In this document: piece by piece, positions 23,507 through 25,445 of the stretch
How the letters are laid out: each line of letters begins with the position of its first letter
Position numbering within the stretch: the stretch's first letter is position 1
Virus record (IMG/VR): IMGVR_UViG_3300033487_000037
Coordinates: 1-25,445 of that record
Reading direction: 5' to 3' (one strand)
DNA from: a virus
Lineage: Duplodnaviria; Caudoviricetes
DNA: 25,445 nucleotides
The notes under the pieces: generated by a model
What the model saw: the letters and a program-made list of their open reading frames with translations, nothing else
Database searches by the model: none
Told to the model about the DNA's origin: nothing
Made by a program: the position numbers and the translations under genes

Positions 23507-24012
23507 CAGTTACCCCGGGACTTGCTCAGCTCCTGGAGGAGGGTCTTGCGCCTGAGTTCGAGATCCTCGGTCGGGACTCCCTGGAAGCTGAGACTGATCT
23601 GGCCGGTGTGCCCCACCTTCGAGGGGACCTTGGCGACCACACCCAGATCCATCATCAGCTTGTTCCGCATCTCCTCGGCCCTGAGGGCGACCTGCAGGAA
23701 GCCCAGCTTGACGGCGTCCTTGTCGGCTTCGACGTAGTTCTGGTACGCCTGGTCGCGGAGCTTCTCGTAGTAGGCCAGGGACGAGCCGGACTCGGCGTCC
23801 GGGTCCATGTTCTTGTACGCCTTGGCCTGATCGCGCTTGGTGGCCGAGAGGTCGGCCCTGACCGTGTTGCGATGGACCTTCAGGATCGCGGCGATGGCCT
23901 GGATGGTCATCCCGCGCAGCTTCAGGTCGAGGACGATGATCCGGCGGCGCTCGATGCCGTCTCGGCCGACGAAAGGCTGCCCCTGGAAGTCGACGCCGCC
24001 GGACTGGGCCAT
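23506..24012 (-). CDS. terS: Terminase small subunit (N-terminal HTH), 168 aa
   Basis: RRIIVLDLKLRGMTIQAIAAILKVHRNTVRADL HTH; TGATG coupling to terL. Confidence 0.8.
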   Translation of the reverse strand: MAQSGGVDFQGQPFVGRDGIERRRIIVLDLKLRGMTIQAIAAILKVHRNTVRADLSATKRDQAKAYKNMDPDAESGSSLAYYEKLRDQAYQNYVEADKDAVKLGFLQVALRAEEMRNKLMMDLGVVAKVPSKVGHTGQISLSFQGVPTEDLELRRKTLLQELSKSRGN

Positions 24013-24021
24013 GGAATCCTC

Positions 24022-24945
24022 CTACGCGTCCTTGGACGGCTCTTCCTCTTTCGAGCCGTCCTCGACCTCGTCCTGATCTTCGTCGAGGTCGATGTCCTCG
24101 GGATCCTCTTCGTCCTTGTCCCCGTCGGGGGACTCTGCGAGGGGAGCCATCCCCTTCACCTCGCGCAGCGTGCGAGGATCGGTCCCCTCCTTGTCCTTGA
24201 TCTCGTCGAAGGATGCTTCGAGCGCACGACGCAGGAACGGATTGACGTTCTTGCCCGTCGTCCGCAGGTACTTCACGGCCGCCTCGATGAGCTTTTCGAG
24301 CTTCTCATCCTCCTGGACCATCAGGTGGAACTTGTTCTTGTGCCAGAAGAACACGAAGCCCTGGGGAACCGTGTCGCCGTACTGCTCGAAGATTTCGTTC
24401 AGGATGAAGGAGAGATTCTCGACGACCGACGACTCGCGCCGCTCCTCCTGCCGAGCGGCCGCAACCGAGCCCCGGTCGTCGCCCTCGCGCTCCTTCTCTT
24501 CGGCGATGAACTTCTCTCGGAACTCCTCCTCGCTGGAGAATCCGAGCATCCCCGGCATCTCCTTGAACGAGATGCCCTCGTCGTTCAGGCCGTGGACCAG
24601 CTTCGTGAAGCGGGTCTTGTCCAGGTCGCCGTGGAGCAGGTTGCGCCGGACCGTCTTGACCTTCTGCTTCTTCTCGTCGGTCCAGTTGTCCTTCACGATG
24701 CAGGGGATCTCGGGGATTCCCAGGACCCTGGCCGCCTGCCAGCGGTGCTCGCCGTCGATGATCCTGAAGAAGCCCTCAGGCTTGGTGGGGTGCTTCACCA
24801 CGAGGACTGGATCGTCGAAGCCGTCCTCGCGGATCTCCTCCACGAGTTCGTTGAACTTCGGGTCCGTCATCCCCTGCGGATTCCACTCGTTGGGCTCCAG
24901 CTTGTCGATGGATACCATGATCTGACCGGCCTTGACCTCCGCCAT
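24022..24945 (-). CDS. ParB/Srx N-terminal-domain protein with an acidic tail, 307 aa
   Basis: KLEPNEWNP, LVEEIREDGFDDPVLV, RIIDGEHRWQAA, RRNLLHG; GGGAGGG RBS. Confidence 0.88.
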   Translation of the reverse strand: MAEVKAGQIMVSIDKLEPNEWNPQGMTDPKFNELVEEIREDGFDDPVLVVKHPTKPEGFFRIIDGEHRWQAARVLGIPEIPCIVKDNWTDEKKQKVKTVRRNLLHGDLDKTRFTKLVHGLNDEGISFKEMPGMLGFSSEEEFREKFIAEEKEREGDDRGSVAAARQEERRESSVVENLSFILNEIFEQYGDTVPQGFVFFWHKNKFHLMVQEDEKLEKLIEAAVKYLRTTGKNVNPFLRRALEASFDEIKDKEGTDPRTLREVKGMAPLAESPDGDKDEEDPEDIDLDEDQDEVEDGSKEEEPSKDA

Positions 24946-24991
24946 CGCAGTCCCTCCCTCTCAGGTTCGCTCACGTCACCGTCCATGCCGT

Positions 24992-25445
24992 CTACCGGCC
25001 TCGCCTCCTGCGCTCGGCGCGCGACGACTGCCTGCGACGCGACGTCCTGGTTCGACGAGTCGAGGATCGCGTGGTGGCGCGGCGAGTCGTCGATCTCGTA
25101 GCCCTCGTCGTCCGTGCCGGAGTCCTGGTCGTGGACCTCCGGGTTGTTGATCCGCGCGTGGTCGAGCGGCGCGAGGTGCTCGTGCCGCTGGAGCGCCTGG
25201 CCTCGGCACGAGCGTTGGCCCTCAGACGGGATGCCGTCATCTTCCGGGTACCCGCGCTGGAGAGAACCCTGCCCTCTCTGAGCTGTGCCCTGGTGATCCC
25301 GCCCGGATGCGGACCGGAACCCTGGCGCACGAAGGACCTGACCTCGTAGCGTTGCTGGACTGAGTTGTAGGTGATCTTGGGGCTGGTGACGACCCCGACC
25401 CTCCGGGACTCGGCGCGGATCGCCCCGAGCTGGCTGGCCAGGGCT
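24992..25445 (-). CDS. 5'-truncated protein with a protamine-like Arg/Thr/Ser-rich C-terminus
   Basis: Frame is open from the window edge (ALASQLGAIRAESRRVGVVTSPKITYNSVQQRYEV...) to the stop at 24992; tail RRSTTRGSTTRRSTTR...RRRGR. Confidence 0.65.
   Translation of the reverse strand, partial: ALASQLGAIRAESRRVGVVTSPKITYNSVQQRYEVRSFVRQGSGPHPGGITRAQLREGRVLSSAGTRKMTASRLRANARAEARRSSGTSTSRRSTTRGSTTRRSTTRTPARTTRATRSTTRRATTRSSTRRTRTSRRRQSSRAERRRRGR

Noticed and set aside
24022-24945. Plasmid-type partition system
   Set aside because: No ParA or parS array in the window; ParB-N-domain genes beside terminases are common in phages.
39-25349. Many long plus-strand ORFs (e.g. 5299-7596, 15576-17570, 20114-21655, 22103-23737) and Arg-rich alternative-frame minus ORFs
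   Set aside because: Shadow frames of GC3-rich genes; no recognisable motifs, and they overlap well-supported minus-strand genes.

Overview
A GC-rich, co-directional (all minus strand) virion morphogenesis region of a bacterial myovirus or prophage. In transcription order (right to left): a truncated ORF with an Arg/Thr/Ser-rich protamine-like tail, a ParB/Srx-domain protein, terminase small and large subunits, three small head-associated ORFs, a PBSX XkdE-like portal, a 902-aa multidomain protease-scaffold, an XkdG-like major capsid protein with a ~120-aa insertion, a 71-aa ORF, a YqbF-like ORF and a head-tail adaptor. An accessory cassette follows, with two fibre/decoration genes sharing a C-terminal domain, a DXD glycosyltransferase, and a beta-helix protein whose C-terminus is a ~50%-identical copy of the 71-aa post-capsid ORF. 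The contractile tail block is eCIS-like: sheath, two gp19-like tubes, a tail chaperone with a T-TTT-TTA -1 frameshift, tape measure and two CIS-tube-like initiators. The most notable signals are a candidate modular capsid-display/glycosylation system, a sigma70 promoter plus strong RBS inside the protease gene (nested scaffold gene), and a promoter inside the terL 3' end. All family assignments come from motif recognition by eye, not database searches.
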